The notes beneath the pieces were generated by a model. It ran no database searches. It saw nothing but the letters and a program-made list of their open reading frames with translations, and was not told the DNA's origin. A DNA stretch of 63,440 nt, counting the filler, from Diploschistes diacapsis (taxonomy: Eukaryota), in assembly GCA_023645945.1 (NCBI GenBank). It is 8 parts of 8 records of this genome, joined end to end, with 100 filler letters (N's around TTAATTAATTAA, not from the genome) between each part and the next. Parts side by side here need not be neighbours in the genome. Positions count along the whole stretch, not along the records: positions 1 to 27,511 come from JALAIB010000161.1; 7 more parts are not named here. One strand, 5' to 3'. How positions within the stretch are numbered: the first letter of the stretch is position 1; every line of letters begins with the position of its first letter. Shown piece after piece: positions 1-13,395 of the stretch. Made by a program: the position numbers and the translations under genes.

Positions 1-2
1 AT

Positions 3-830
3 GTGGGGGAGAGATGGATGGATTTCTTTGCGGGGGAACCCGAGCGTGCGGGTGAGGAGGGATGGGATGGAGAGGAGTATCTGCCGCAAGGGACGGTCGG
101 ATGTGTGGCGCTAGATGACAAGGGCGTCATATGCGTGGCGACGAGTACGGGAGGGCTGACGAATAAGCTACAAGGCCGTATTGGCGACACCCCGACGTTC
201 GGCGCGGGGTTTTGGGCAGAGGAGATTCCACTGCAGATGGGGCCGTCATCGAGTACTCTGGCCAGCCAGCTGCTGCCTCGGCTTCCAGCGCTGCAGTCTC
301 TTGCTGGTCTTCTTCCTCGGAGTGTAACGTCGGCCTTGAATTCTTGCCTTCCATCCCTCGACGGCTACTCTTCCCTGGCCCAGCGCAACCCAGCTTTGCA
401 GCTGTCGAAAAGCAACAAGGACCCCTCGGTTTCTTTCACCCATGCCCTCGCCCTCTCGGGGACTGGGAACGGCGATTCCTTCCTCCGGCTAGCCGCCTGC
501 CGTACCGCCGCCTCCATCGCCCTGCCACCTCTGAGCTATTTCCCCGCCGCCTCCATTCAGCCTCATACCTCGTTGTCCACAGCGATCAACCTGGTTGCCG
601 GCCCTGGCGGCTTGCTTCAGCGGAGCGCGGGAAATAGATGGAAGCGAGGGACTTTTGAGGGAGAGGGCGGGATGATTGGCATTGAATATGTAAGGAATGG
701 GAGCAAGTATGAGGAAGGGGAAAGGAGGGTGGCGTTCGGGTTTAATTGTGGGGGGATGTTTAGGGCGTGGGTTGATGATGGAGGGAGGATCATGGTGGGA
801 ATATTTAGATGTGATGATGAGGAGGTCTGA
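3..830 (+). CDS. Type-2 (Ntn-hydrolase) L-asparaginase / isoaspartyl peptidase, 5'-truncated by window edge
   Basis: GTVGCVALD (catalytic Thr), [35 protein letters not shown] and FNCGGMFRA motifs in ORF 3..830. Confidence 0.9.
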   Translation: MGERWMDFFAGEPERAGEEGWDGEEYLPQGTVGCVALDDKGVICVATSTGGLTNKLQGRIGDTPTFGAGFWAEEIPLQMGPSSSTLASQLLPRLPALQSLAGLLPRSVTSALNSCLPSLDGYSSLAQRNPALQLSKSNKDPSVSFTHALALSGTGNGDSFLRLAACRTAASIALPPLSYFPAASIQPHTSLSTAINLVAGPGGLLQRSAGNRWKRGTFEGEGGMIGIEYVRNGSKYEEGERRVAFGFNCGGMFRAWVDDGGRIMVGIFRCDDEEV

Positions 831-1011
831 GGTCAACTTGGCCGTTCGGTCTTGCTCTCTGAGTGTATAAAGACACATCTCGGGCCACGGTAAACACATA
901 GGGTAAACAGTGTAAGACCATTATCTCTTAAAGTAGTATTGGTGTGGAGAGTCTAGATGACTTGTTCTCGTGATATTTACATTTATATACATCTCGTGTT
1001 CTTTGCCAGGG

Positions 1012-2509
1012 TCAAACAGCCCTCGGTCTTGTTAGCCGTTGTGCCACCAACTTCGAAGCTCGCGCTGGCACCCACGTCCGCCCCCCCAGCACAAACACCC
1101 AAGATAGAAGAGCCAGACTGCCTGCCTGATGCGCCGAAGCAATCGGCAATGGCACCAGGTACAGCAATGTAGTGATTCCAAGCGCGACCTGCAGGCAGGC
1201 GAAGCCGACGACCCCATGCATCCCCTTCCGGCAGCCAACCGGTAGAACCCGCTTCATGGTCGGTGACAACCTCGTGTAGGCCATCAGAGCGATAATAGAT
1301 GTGAAAGTTGTGGTAGCAAGAATGCGATGATCAAGCTGAACAAGCGACGGATTCTCGAGCATGTTCCGCCACAAAATATCACTCCTATCTTCCTTATGTG
1401 AGTAGAAGTCGGAGAAGAGCTCGGCTTTGGGCGGTGTAAGGCCATTGCCCATGTACGGAAACTCGTTGTAGATCATACCGGCATCGAGACCTGCAACGAG
1501 GCCGCCAGACATTGCGGTGCAGAAGACCAGCAACGCGAGTCCAGCGACAGATCGCCTGAAGAACTTCATCTCGGGGCTCCGCAGTACGGCAAAGACTTTT
1601 TGGGCAGCTGCGGGGTCTGCAAGGATTTTGCGTTCTCGGAGAACTGAAAGGCCATTCCAAAGCATTGCTGTGTAGCAGAGGAAAGCAGCGCCTAGATGTG
1701 CAGTCAATCGGTATTGGCTCACTCGTGGATGGCTTCCAGGCGCGAAAAGGTCGTCCTTGAGTCCTGACTTGACCATCCACCAGCCAAGAAAGCCTTGGAA
1801 GCCAATAAGCCCAGCAATCCCCCCGATTTTGAGAGCCATCGGAGCTGACACTTTCCGTCGCGCGACGAAGTATATGGCGGGCAGCACAAACGAGAGTCCA
1901 ACTACCCTACCCCAAAGCCTGTGTGTCCACTCCATGTAGTATATGTATTTAAATTCATCCAAGCTCATATTTGGATTGAGCAACTTGAATTCGGGAGAGG
2001 ATCTGTATCTTGTAAATTCTGAGTTCCAATCCGCATTATTCATGGGAGGTAATGAGCCGGTGACAGGCCGCCATTCTGTTATGCTCAAGCTGGGCTGGAT
2101 CAGCAGGTGCCTAAGCGGATTGTGGTGGTATGTGGTGGACGTACCCCGACTCCGTTAATCGAGTAAGACCACCGAAGACGACAATTCCAAAGACGCTTGC
2201 GGCGCTCCCAAGTAGCCAGTATGCGACAACCTTGTCAGTGGTCTCCGGAAAGTATGACGACTTATTGGCCTTCTCCGAGAACCTCTTCCCTAGAAACGCC
2301 AATGGTGAGGCGCTTTGAGCGCCGCTAATGGACGTTGTTATATGACGGACATGCGACCGGACAGTGCTCCATTGAACCTTAGAACCAAAAGAGCGATAGG
2401 GGATCGAAGTTTGGATGCCCTGTCGAGAAGTATGGCAAGTGAAGAATTGCTTGGAAAGTCGCGGCGCAGCTTGGCGTAACAGTGGCAGGCTCTGGAAGAT
2501 GGATGGCAT
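1012..2509 (-). CDS. COX15: Heme A synthase (cytochrome c oxidase assembly protein)
   Basis: Mito-presequence-like N-terminus from ATG 2509; GGLTRLTESG|LSITEW joined across a GTACGT..CAG intron (~2090-2144); EWTHRLWGR, VSQYRLTAHL, QLDHR and HQAGSL heme-ligand motifs. Confidence 0.96.
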
Positions 2510-5500
2510 AATAGTGTATAAGAAGACGCTCGCTCGTCTTTGAGGTAGAGTTAGCTGCACACAGACGAACTCAGCTTCAAAGCTGCTCCATATCTTTAAA
2601 AGAACCTATTGTAGGTCTATATCTGTGGCGTCATGACCCTTGCTGGTCAAGCCACACACACGCCACATATCACATTACTAGACCTACTTTGTACTAGCTA
2701 TCATTGCGGAACCTCTGTCGCTATCCCATGATATATACACCTCTTTCTATCCTCATTGACTAAGGCCTACCTACAATGGCCGGAGCACTTCATCGTTTCC
2801 TTACCATTCTAAATATTGGCCATATGATATATTATCAATCGATCCCAATTCTAGAGAGGCTACTGGAACGTCATGCCAAAGCGCTTCCGGCGTAACATAG
2901 CGCTACAAAATGTAGGGTCCTGAGCCTCTAAGATAGAGAAAGGTTTGGAGCTATCCCGGAGAGGAGCAGCAAGGTTACATACAGCAACTGGTCAATTAGC
3001 ATCAGCCTTAATAAGCCTCGCCACTGGCTCTGTGCGACTGGCTTTTTTAAAATGACTGAATCGTCCACTAGGAATCTGAGAGAACCATCTCAACTCAAGA
3101 CAAGGTTTTTTTCTCCTGAGTGAGTTTCACATCAGTAAGTGAGTCTTCGGAGATCAGTCTAACGGCATTTAAAACCTGGGCTTTAACAACTATGAATTAT
3201 GCTTATCTTTTCGTTCTTGTGTATTTAAGGAGACACATGCTCCTTCTCCCAAGCTCCAGCACCTCAAGTACAGCGTGAAGCACTTCTTTGCAACTAATAC
3301 ATTTCACAGGTAGCTTGGAAGACTCATCCTCTCAACATAACGGGACAAGATACCTATTCCCAACAGGTCTCCAAGGAGGTGGTCGTCCGTGTTGACCTTG
3401 CGAGACTTGCCCAGTATGAGTAGTGGCCTTGCTATAAAGACACGGACGGGAAGATGGAGTTGGTTCTTCCTGACCTTCCTTTGGATGTTCTTGGAGGCAT
3501 TCTTGATAGAGTTTGTCGTTTTCATTGGTTGAAGGACAGGGATTCTTACGCTCTTTTAGGTTACAGGGGTTTACTAAGGTTATGCTTCGTACATCAAGAA
3601 CTTCTCATTCATTGAGGATCTGCCTGAGGATCTTAAAGGTTTATGGGTTTACCTTGTTATGGATGAAATAAGTAGCCACAAGTGGGAGATTGCACTGTGC
3701 TAAATTTTGAACATTATGGTCAATGTTAAGTTCTTTATTTGGGATTTACAAGTAGGCATGACAAGCGACATTTGAAAGGCACTGTCCGGGAATTTTGAGC
3801 ATCCATCCAGTCAAACAAGTATCACGAAGATATAGCTGCCTGCACCAGATCGGAGGTGAGGAAGACGGACAGCATGATTGGTCCACATCGGGAAGCGAGA
3901 GCGCCTTATGTGGCGATCGCAAGGATAGAAACGGTGCTCTAGCTGAGTTCTATTCTAGGATACCTATACAACGTCTCAACTTCGTCTCCCTTGGAGGATA
4001 TCACGAGATTAGTGAGCTTACATATTTGAGACAGCTCTCCTCCTCGTCAGGTGCTCTGCCTATACTTTGCGCAAGTTGAAGATTGGTAATGCCTTAATAT
4101 AGCCTCCGAAGCATCGTTTCTGATACACCCGAGTCATCAGTTCTTGAGTACATGGGAGCCGCCGGCGTTTTGGGTGTCTTGTTTGATGCTCTTTTTCACT
4201 AGCCATAAGGTCCGCTACACAGAGCAACACTGTGACTCCAAATACCAAGTGGCAAGATTGTGTAAGAAAAGCAGATGACCAGAGTCTTTCTGGTTATTGT
4301 GGGTATCCTAGGCACATATCGTTGAGCATCAAAGCTCCTTCAAGAAGCCATTGATGGGACCCAGTTGACGAGCCTGACATTGCTCACCTGCGAAAATGCT
4401 ACAGAACTGTGGGAAGGGCTTGATGAACGCTTCGCTCCACATCAGCGTATAGCGCATAAAGGGCCTTCGCGACCGCCACCATCTTACCTCGCTTTTCGTC
4501 TTCGCTTAAATATATTCGAATAGACAGCGTGCCAACCGTTCTGGTTACGTTCCTAACAAGAGCCTTCGCGCCTGATAGTCTCAAATCACTGCTCTTTGTC
4601 GAGTCGATACTTGATGGTCCAGTATCTCGGCACCACAATAACCTTAAAGAGGTTGACCCGTTGGGGTGCTTGGCATGGACTCAAAATGCAGTCCCTGTAA
4701 GAGCCCATTTGGTTGTGCCCAGAAAGCTGTCTATTGCGATTCGTCTGAGTTGTCTTTCTGCTTGGCAGTCGCTGATGAGGATTCCGTAAGCACAAATACA
4801 CCTCGATGCTAGACTAATCATGAACTCTTGCAGAATCCCGTTCCCAGGATGTCTATCACAGCTTCCCCAACTGCGAACTTTGTACACTACCCACAAACTA
4901 TGAGGATCCGATTAGGTAATGCTATCATTGCCTGACCTGCTCATCCGCTCCGTTACCTCTCTCTGGGACCTTCAGGCCCCTTCGAGCTCGTGAAGATACC
5001 GGCTAGGACAAAATCTCGTCTTCCCGAAACCAGTGATAGTGCGATACCTGCTGGTAAAAGTGCGGCACATTCAACGGAAACGGTAACAACGAGGATCCTG
5101 ATAGCAGTTTGAAGAGTGAAGAGCATCGTCTAGACGCTCTCAACAGCGATGGCGTCTTCAACACCGCCCAACCCGACTCGCCAAGATCGAATGTACCTGC
5201 GTTTTGGACTACAGCCGATCTCGTTCAACGAGGTGGACGTCGGGGCCTATAGTGCCGGGACATTGCAGCATCCAACTGCCGCGCACGAGAAAAATGGCTA
5301 CTACCACCAACGGTTATGGGCCCCGTATGATTAGGGGATGCAACGGCTTGGGTACTCCATCGAACCAACTCCCTGAAGTCTCCAAAGAGCCTTTGTCCGC
5401 GAAACCGTTGCACTTACCTAAAGCTTCAGACCTCATCGTGCCCCAGCCTCAACACCTCCCAAGACTCGAAGATCTTAAAAACACAAGTACGTGATCCGCC

Positions 5501-6128
5501 AAGCCCGGTTTCTATAAGTTTGGGTACCTGCGTGTATAATTAGTGTAATACGTAGTGGAGAAAGACCTTTGCATATATGGAAGGATGGGTGGAAGCGAAT
5601 CGGAAGCGACCTGTATTTGTAATCTGAAAAAGGAGTCATAGTGGCAATGGGTACATGAGGTGGTGCTTGGTGCTGGGCGTTGTTGAAAACAAGAGTATCG
5701 GGGAGCACTCCCATCCTTCTAGATAGAGACTTGGAGCATGTGCACTGTAGAACTTTAAGGATGTAGACTGGTGGGCAAAGGTGTCGCTTCCGAGCCTGGG
5801 GTTTTGCAGTAGGTTTTTAGTATCAATCTTTATAGATCTCGCGGTCAGGTCTTCGAAAACGTTTGGTGAGCATCTGGCGTCCACTGCTATTCGAAGGCAA
5901 GGAACAGAGGCACAGTACCTTCTACTTTCATAGCCAAGGTGTTTTGAGCTCAATTAGCACTCCCACCAGGCTGAAGTTTGTGCTACAAATACAGAGTATG
6001 AGTGAGCGTATGCCTGAGCAGTATTAAAAACCCGCAACCAGAACTCCTCCGCTTGCCATGCGAGTGAAATACAAACGTGGTGTATGGGACTTCATACAAG
6101 TATAATCTAGCGCCTGGGTTGCAAATCT

Positions 6129-9040
6129 TCAAACATTACCTGCGGGTGGAAATGGTTAGCAAAGTGGCTCACTAGGTTGAGGCAAGGTGAGACGTACCGA
6201 TGACAACCATGAACCTCAAACGCGGCTCCCTCACCCTCTCCCCCTCTTCCGCCGGCATTGCGCCGTCATCGATAACGAGGTTGCTGCTCTTCCAGCCCCA
6301 GCTCTGGCTAAAGTTGAATTTATCCGGCGCACTCTCATAGACGCTTAGCATCCTGCCACCCTTGCTTGGCGTGTAGATCTTGAAGTAGGTCTTGATCGTC
6401 GATCTGGCATCCAAATATCTTGATAGTGTCGGAACCTTGTATGGTTTGATGTGGGGCTCAACGTCGTTGGTGTCGTCGCCATCGAAAGCGTCCGCTGTAT
6501 TGAAGCGTCGATCGCCCGTTGCACTTAGGGCCAGGCTGGCTTCGGACGCCTTCGTAATCGAGTCGACCGGACGCGATAGGCCGCTCATGGTATCAAGGTC
6601 TCTCGTAAGTCGGGGAACGAGCGTTGCGTCGTTTGATGATGTCGTGTCGTCTGCACCGTAGTTGCGTGACTCTATGACATGTCTTCTCGTCCCTTGCCGT
6701 CTCAAAAATTCTCGCTCGAGATTGTTGATGCGCTCATCAACGGTGCTGTTATTATGACCGTTTCCTGACAGAGTGTCGTCTGATCGATCGACTTGGCGCT
6801 CACGATGTAGGTAGATGCCAAGCTGTGTGCTTTTTGGCGACTCCTTCTTTTGTACATAAACGTTCCACAGGCTCCCGGCGTACCATACTGTGTTTGAGTA
6901 GACCCTCTTGTCGGCTTTGAGAAATTTGGCCGCAGGAAATTCTGCCGAAAACCTGAAGGGAGGGAAATAGGTGTAGTGTACCTCTGGGCTTGGTGCGTTG
7001 GCGACCGTTGGTGTAGGTGGAGTGTTGGGTCGATCCTGCACGGAGGAAGCGAAGTCTGCAGCCCACTGTATATCCTGTGGCTCTAGTGACGCGGATATTC
7101 GTGACGTATGGCGCCCTCTTGAGGTTGGTCGACTACTGGATGTCGTGGGTTCAAGCGTACCTCCCATGGGATATGTTGCGTCTGATAACGGTATCCAGAA
7201 TTTGCGTGGTTTTGCATTACCATCCCAGCTTCCCGATTCGATCTCGTCGTCATCGCTTTGATCGTCTTCCTCGACTAGTGGTTTCTTTCCGGCTGCCTTT
7301 TCGGAAAGCTGTGGCGATATGTGGTCGTCGATTGTGGCTTCCGAGGCCTCGTGACCGCCCTCTGGATATTCATCTCCGAAATCGATCTCCTGGCTGAGTC
7401 CAATCTTCAAATCTGATTCATCGGCATTGAGGATGCGTTGCCGTAATTCCATCGACATCCATAGTGCGTTCGATATTACTTTTTCAGGCATTAAGGGCAC
7501 ACCCAGAATGTCACGCTGCTCGCGTATCCTCTGAAGCTGCTCAAAGCTCATGTGGACGTAATGTATACCTTCGTCCAATAGGACAAGTAACGGGGCAATG
7601 TCAGGATGGGTGTAGAGTCCGAGCCATTCATCAACATCTGCCGCTGCACCAACTGGGTTAACTGCCGAGGTATTCCGATAGACAGCATCGAACCGTAAAG
7701 CCATGAAGCCCATAGACAAAGGGCGTGGCTTGATAAGCTTGCCGTCCAAATTCATGATACCGACACCAATAGCCTTTTGCTTCAGTCGCCTGTTCAGAAT
7801 CCGCTTCGCAAGCAGCCAACGCTCCCATTCCCCAGGAGCGTAGAAGCCATCATTGCCGAGGATCTCTCGAACTATATCACCAGAGATGCCGTCAAAGTAT
7901 CTCAGGAGCATCTCATACCCTTCGCGGCAAAGCATAGCTTTCGCAGCCGTCAAGATGCGATCACCGTGCCTTCCATAGTAGTTGCTGGTGACAAACTTTA
8001 TGTACGTTGCAAGCTTCACTGGGGTCATCTGACGAAGTATTGCATTGATACTGGCCTCAATTAGGTCCGCCATCTCAAGCCAACAGCCTGTTGCTAGAAG
8101 CGCGATAGGCTCCTTGTCTTCTTCCTCCGACGAGTGACACCCGTAGATGCGCTTCAAAGCCAGTTCGAAGGCGGTCTGTGTGATGTTGGTATCCACGTCT
8201 TCAGGATGCAGGGTGATTTCCTTAGCCGAGCTTTCAAACCAAGGCTCGGAGAGGGCCGAACAAAAGAAAGGGGCTCGGTCAAGAAGTAGACGATGAAGTG
8301 CGTATTTGGTGCCGAATGCGTGCACAGCAATATCCGAATGGCGGCCGCTCAGCAACCCTTTATTGTAAAGGTGGTTCGGCAAAGCTGCTGTGATTTCCGG
8401 CCCTTGGGCTGGTATTCGTCATTAGGAGAACCGATGATAGAGAATCCAGGAACTCACATCTCACATACGGCGAGCTTTGATGAAGATACGATGTTTGTCT
8501 TGATGGTCCCAATTCTGGCGCCGTGAACAAGCTTGAGACGGCGCTAGAAGTGGTAAGCTCTGCTCGCCTAGATGCGGAGTCTTCCATGGAGCCAGAAGGA
8601 TCATCGACATCCTTCTCCACCTTGGAGAAGCGCGCTCTGCGACTTGGTGTAGGGATGCTAGAGGGCTGATGCATTCGCCTCGGATTCAGGCTAGGAGTAA
8701 GGGCAGACAGCGGATGGGGCGAGCTTGGAGGCTGTGGGCTACTCATGGACGCATGGGCTGTATTGACTGATAGAGATGAGGTGGGGGGTCCCGATGAAAA
8801 TATGGAGCGGTTGGGATTGGAAAACAGAAGAGGTGTGGCGGATGTTGTAACCGAAGGTGAAAGCTCCGTCTCCTGCTCCCTTGATGAGGTCCTACGAGAT
8901 AGCATAAGGGATGGTCTTGTGCTTAGACGAGCAGGTGGAGACACTGTAGATGCACTGTTACCAGTGGTAAGGTTGAGGTCCGCGATTATGTTTCTCAGGC
9001 TGGGAGATGCCTCCTGTTCATCTGATTCGTCACCAGCCAT
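6129..9040 (-). CDS. BTB/POZ protein with C-terminal MATH-like domain (germ cell-less-like, putative Cul3 adaptor)
   Basis: Ser/Pro-rich exon 1; BTB signature SDIAVHAF..YALHRLLLDRAPFF; PPFRFSAEF..RVYSNTVWYAGSLWNVYVQK..SQSWGWKS; introns near 8402-8457 and 6140-6197, terminal VIG|NV* with stop at 6129-6131. Confidence 0.85.
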
Positions 9041-10014
9041 GGTGCATTATAATCTCTGTTAGAAGTAAGCGAAACACAGAACAATGATAGAGTACGGGGA
9101 ATGCAAGGATCATTCACACGAAAACATTGATGCAGAGAAACTCGTTCAGCAAACTGGCTTGTATAAGAGGTCCTATGATGCTGAGCCGTACTGATCGTCG
9201 CCACTATAATGCAGCGTCGTTGCGTGACCTGAGGCTGGGATCTATGTGCACGGGCTGTGACTTAATCTACTGTGTGTATCAGCATTTTCCTTTCCCAACA
9301 GACAGATTGCAGGGCGGAGGTCTGTAGTTCGGCAAAGACTTTGAAAATGCCAAAAGTGAAAAATATAGAGGCTGGGTATGATGATATCAAAGGTTCAATC
9401 TCCTGTGGATGGTAGCCCGGTAAAGGGTCCCAAGACTGATCAACAGGGCGAAACCAAAAATTATGCTGCATAACCCCCCCACCACTAAGTTACACCTACA
9501 ACTGTCCAACACTTTATCTCAAATAAGAGCTTCAGATTTGAGGAGCTCGAACGATGATTCAGGTCAATCATAAAACAAAACTGAGAGATCCCGTGAGAGC
9601 TTCAGGTTGTCTAATTGTCTGGGTGTACTTGGTCCCTTGAAATCGCCAAGCCTCAAATGACCACTGGACCTGACCCCTGTGTCGATCTGGTTCCTGATGG
9701 TTGTTACCCTTGTGGATATCTTACACCTGAATAGATATATATTCATTAGCATCTGCATCTCTCTTTGTGATCCTTGCGTATGAAATTTGATTGCAGGCTC
9801 AGAAAGCTTATGGCGTGCGCAAAAGGGTCTGGCGTGATCCTGGCTCACTCTCTGGTCGCTTGAACCCCTCCCGATGACTACCCCCTTCATGATAGGGGAA
9901 CATTCCTATTGCACACGCAGAGGTAAGCCCGGCGATAGTCTTTCCGAATATATGAACACTATTGGTACACAGCAGCTAGCCACAAGAACAGTGATAGCAC
10001 AAGCGTCTCGACTG

Positions 10015-12307
10015 CTACTGGTGGTCGTCCAGCAAAGGCGCAGATTCACCTTGCTCCGCCCTCTTCCTCTTCTTGCGTCTCTTCTTCTTGCCAGCGGTGC
10101 TTTCCTGCGGCGCGGAACCCTCATCAGACTGCCTCGCCTCCTCGGCTTGCCCCTCTTCTGGACCGTTGCTTGTTGTTTCTAGAATAACCTTTTTGATGCC
10201 TCCCACCTCAATCACATTCTCCGTGATACTGCCAGATCTTGCGCTGCGAGTCCCATGAAGCTCTGCAGATGATCGGTTCTCTTGCTTTGGTAAGGAGGTA
10301 ATTGTGCTCGTTGTAGCCACCGAGATTTCGCTATCGGCACGTTGCGCTGTAGGCCTTTGGTATGGCTCGATTATGACTTGGGTGCCTCTGTTACTCGTAT
10401 CTGGCGTATCCGAAGATTTGGGGCGCTCGATAGTACCATAGCCTTCTTGGATTGCATGAACGCCGTCCGAAGCATTCTTGCCAGCTGCGCGCAGCAAGCC
10501 TTCTCCCACCCCTTCGTCGTGTGTATTCCCCTTCGACGCAACGTTCTGCGGCGCAGTCTTTACGTCATTGAGGGGACTGTCTGACACCTTGGTTCCTCCA
10601 GCCTTGATCTTTACTGTATTATAGCGCGTTGTGCGTGGTCGGCTAGCCAGGTTTGAAGGACCAAGGTGCTTCAGATGTTCTCTCATTTCAGGCATGTCGA
10701 CCCGCCTCGAAAAATGACCGTGGTCCACGTTGTTCGAACCGCCTGATGTTCTCCGCAAAAGGAATGCTGCCTTGGGGGAGCTTGATAAATCCACACTGTT
10801 GGATTTTTGCCTTTGAGGAGGACCTTGTGTTGCAACTCGCCGAAGTACGCCATTAGGAGGCACATTGTGATCTGCAGTTCCGTCCAGCTCCTCTTCGGCT
10901 TTTCCGGTATTATTGGAAGTGTCCGTGACGACTGCACCCTTCGGTACCCGCGTCCGAGGAGCAGGATGAATTCGCCGAATCGCTTTATGTACGTCAATGT
11001 AAACGTCAGATTCGTCGATAATTTCTCTATAGCCCAGTTAGCGACACCAGCGGTTTTACTCCCGAGGAAATCAGTCTTACTCTCCAATCAGTTCCTCAAT
11101 GACATCCTCTAATGTCACCACGCCGAGTGCACCAGAGTCCTCGGCCGGATTTTCAGAAACTAGAACCATATGGGACTTGCCTTCTTGAAAGAAATTCACA
11201 ATGTCCAGGCAACTTGTTTCTGGTCGAGTTTCGGGGAGAGTGGCAAGAGCGAAGTCCCGAACAGGCTTGCCGTCCTCCGGATCATAGGTGATCAACATCT
11301 TGACCAACAGCATGCCAACAAAGTTGAATTCATTGTCTGGTGCATGAATAGGGATTCTGGAGTATCCTGCTGAGAGGATCACGTTCATCGTTTCCTCATC
11401 AAGGATCGTGTCCGCAGACATGGTAAAGACATCCTTCATAGGAGTCATGATAGCGCCTACAGGCTTGGCTTTAAGATCGAGTACTGCGCTGATTATTGTG
11501 ACTTCATCCGAATTGAGCTGGTCACCTGCACTACCTAGTGTTTTGTGGAGTGTCACCAATGTCTTCAAACCTGCCCGTTTGTAAACAGTTCCATGATCCT
11601 CGCCAAGGACCCTGTCCAGTAGTTTTGCGGTGGGCCAAGCGACAGGACCAAGCAGGTACATGAGAGTAAGGACCGGCCAGTACATCCAGGCTCCAATAGG
11701 CAAGCCGTATCGTACGCAAATAGATTGAGGGATAATTTCGCCAAAGATAACTAGGAGAGTTAGGGAGCGTGCTGGCGTTGAATAGCTAGAGGGCTTTACC
11801 AATAAGAACAGTAGATCCTAGAACGGCCGGCCACCCTCCACCCAAAGAACGATCGAGCACAATAGGCAATGTCTCGTTGGTGATGACATTGCTAAGGAGC
11901 AGTGTGACCAGGACCCAGTGTTTGCCCTTATCCAACAGCCCCAGCACCCTTGCAGCATTCTTCTTTTCCGATTTATCGCCAGAGGACTTGAGTACTTGCA
12001 GATATATTTCATCCTGTCAAGTTCAGCAGCTATACTTGATTAAGAGGTCTGTGTCACTTACTTGGCCCATTAACGCAATCGTCAATCCTGCGAAAGCACC
12101 TCCTAATAGCACGAGACCAACGGCCACCCCAAGGTATATCCATAGAGTAGGATCGTCAGCTTCCACGCCTTCGCCGGCCTCTTCAAAGACAGAGATGGGC
12201 CCATTGCGAAGCGGAGCTGCTCGGAGAAAGGGTAATTGAGCGAGCGCGAAGACAAGAAGCTTGGTAAGGGACAGAATTGCTTGCTGGTGAGCCACAAGGC
12301 GATTCAT
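10015..12307 (-). CDS. MAM3: CNNM (DUF21)/CBS-domain membrane protein, Mam3-like
   Basis: [79 protein letters not shown] across GT-AG introns; start ATG uncertain. Confidence 0.9.
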
Positions 12308-13239
12308 TGCAGATGGGTCCTCTGTTCCGACGGTTGTCACGCACAGGCAAGAAACTCAAAGAATACGGAGCTCGATTTACAATTGGGCGAGAGACATGGT
12401 GTGTTGGAGCTTCAAGTGCATTGCTTTTCACTTGAAATCTGGGCAGCCTGCGGATGAGTAAATATGGTCAAGGAATCGACTCGGAAGTATATATGCTGTA
12501 AAAAGATTGTGGAGCACGTGGGAGCTGCAAGTAACAGCGAGCTCTGGCTCTGGACTGGACGGGAAACAGATGCGTGACAAGGAAGTCACTCCGGCTCCAG
12601 ACGTCTATGGTTGGTGTAGTCGTATAAATGTTTATCCTGTACAGACAAGGGTCTTGGCCCTATCCATGAAAGATATATTATCATACCGCGCCGAGCTCTC
12701 TCAATTTACAATTTACTTGCTATGTACAGTTCGGCCTTCCTACTAGGGTTGAGTTTGTCGACGCTTCAGTTGAATTACTAAGACCAAACAGTGCTTTCTC
12801 TAGCTCAATGGAGCGTCGTCTTTCGAATTTCCGTTCTATTCTATATCCGCTGTCTCGATTCTCGAAGTATTTTTCATGATACAACCTGAATATTAATAGC
12901 CTAATAGGTACTAGTACTAGTATATTACCCAATTCCCCAGGAGGTGCGGAAAGAAGCGGAATGACGCCATATCCCGTTCCGGTCTCTGTTCTGACTATCT
13001 GAAGTTTCTGATTTTTGACTCCTGAGATACATCAAACTTGCATTGGTGGATGGAATACTCCGCGACCTAACCCTGTTGGCCGAGGTTATGGCTAGGTCCA
13101 GACTCGAGAGCCGAGGGGTCAAATCGGTCAGACTCGACTCGAAGGTCGTCAGCTATAGGTAATTGTGTGCTTTGTCAGTCACAGTGGTCTTGAACGAGAG
13201 GTTTCTTTCACCGTTCTTTCAAATAATACGTCCCTTGAT

Positions 13240-13245
13240 TATAAA
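13240..13245 (+). promoter_or_regulatory. Putative TATA box of the OYE-family gene
   Basis: TATAAA ~155 bp upstream of ATG 13396; position only. Confidence 0.35.
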
Positions 13246-13395
13246 TTTAAAGGTGGTAGCACACGTCAGCGAAACTATATTAACTCAGGTCACCCCTTTC
13301 CTCTTGTTGAGCACACTGTGGTTTTACCTCGCCTGGTTGAGCCTGACGAAACCTTGAAGTGTCTGCTCCTTCGTAACTCTTTCTCTGCTAAAACG

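Noticed and set aside
12775..12781. TTACTAA (Yap1-type site) upstream of the OYE gene
   Set aside because: A single 7-mer ~620 bp upstream is compatible with chance
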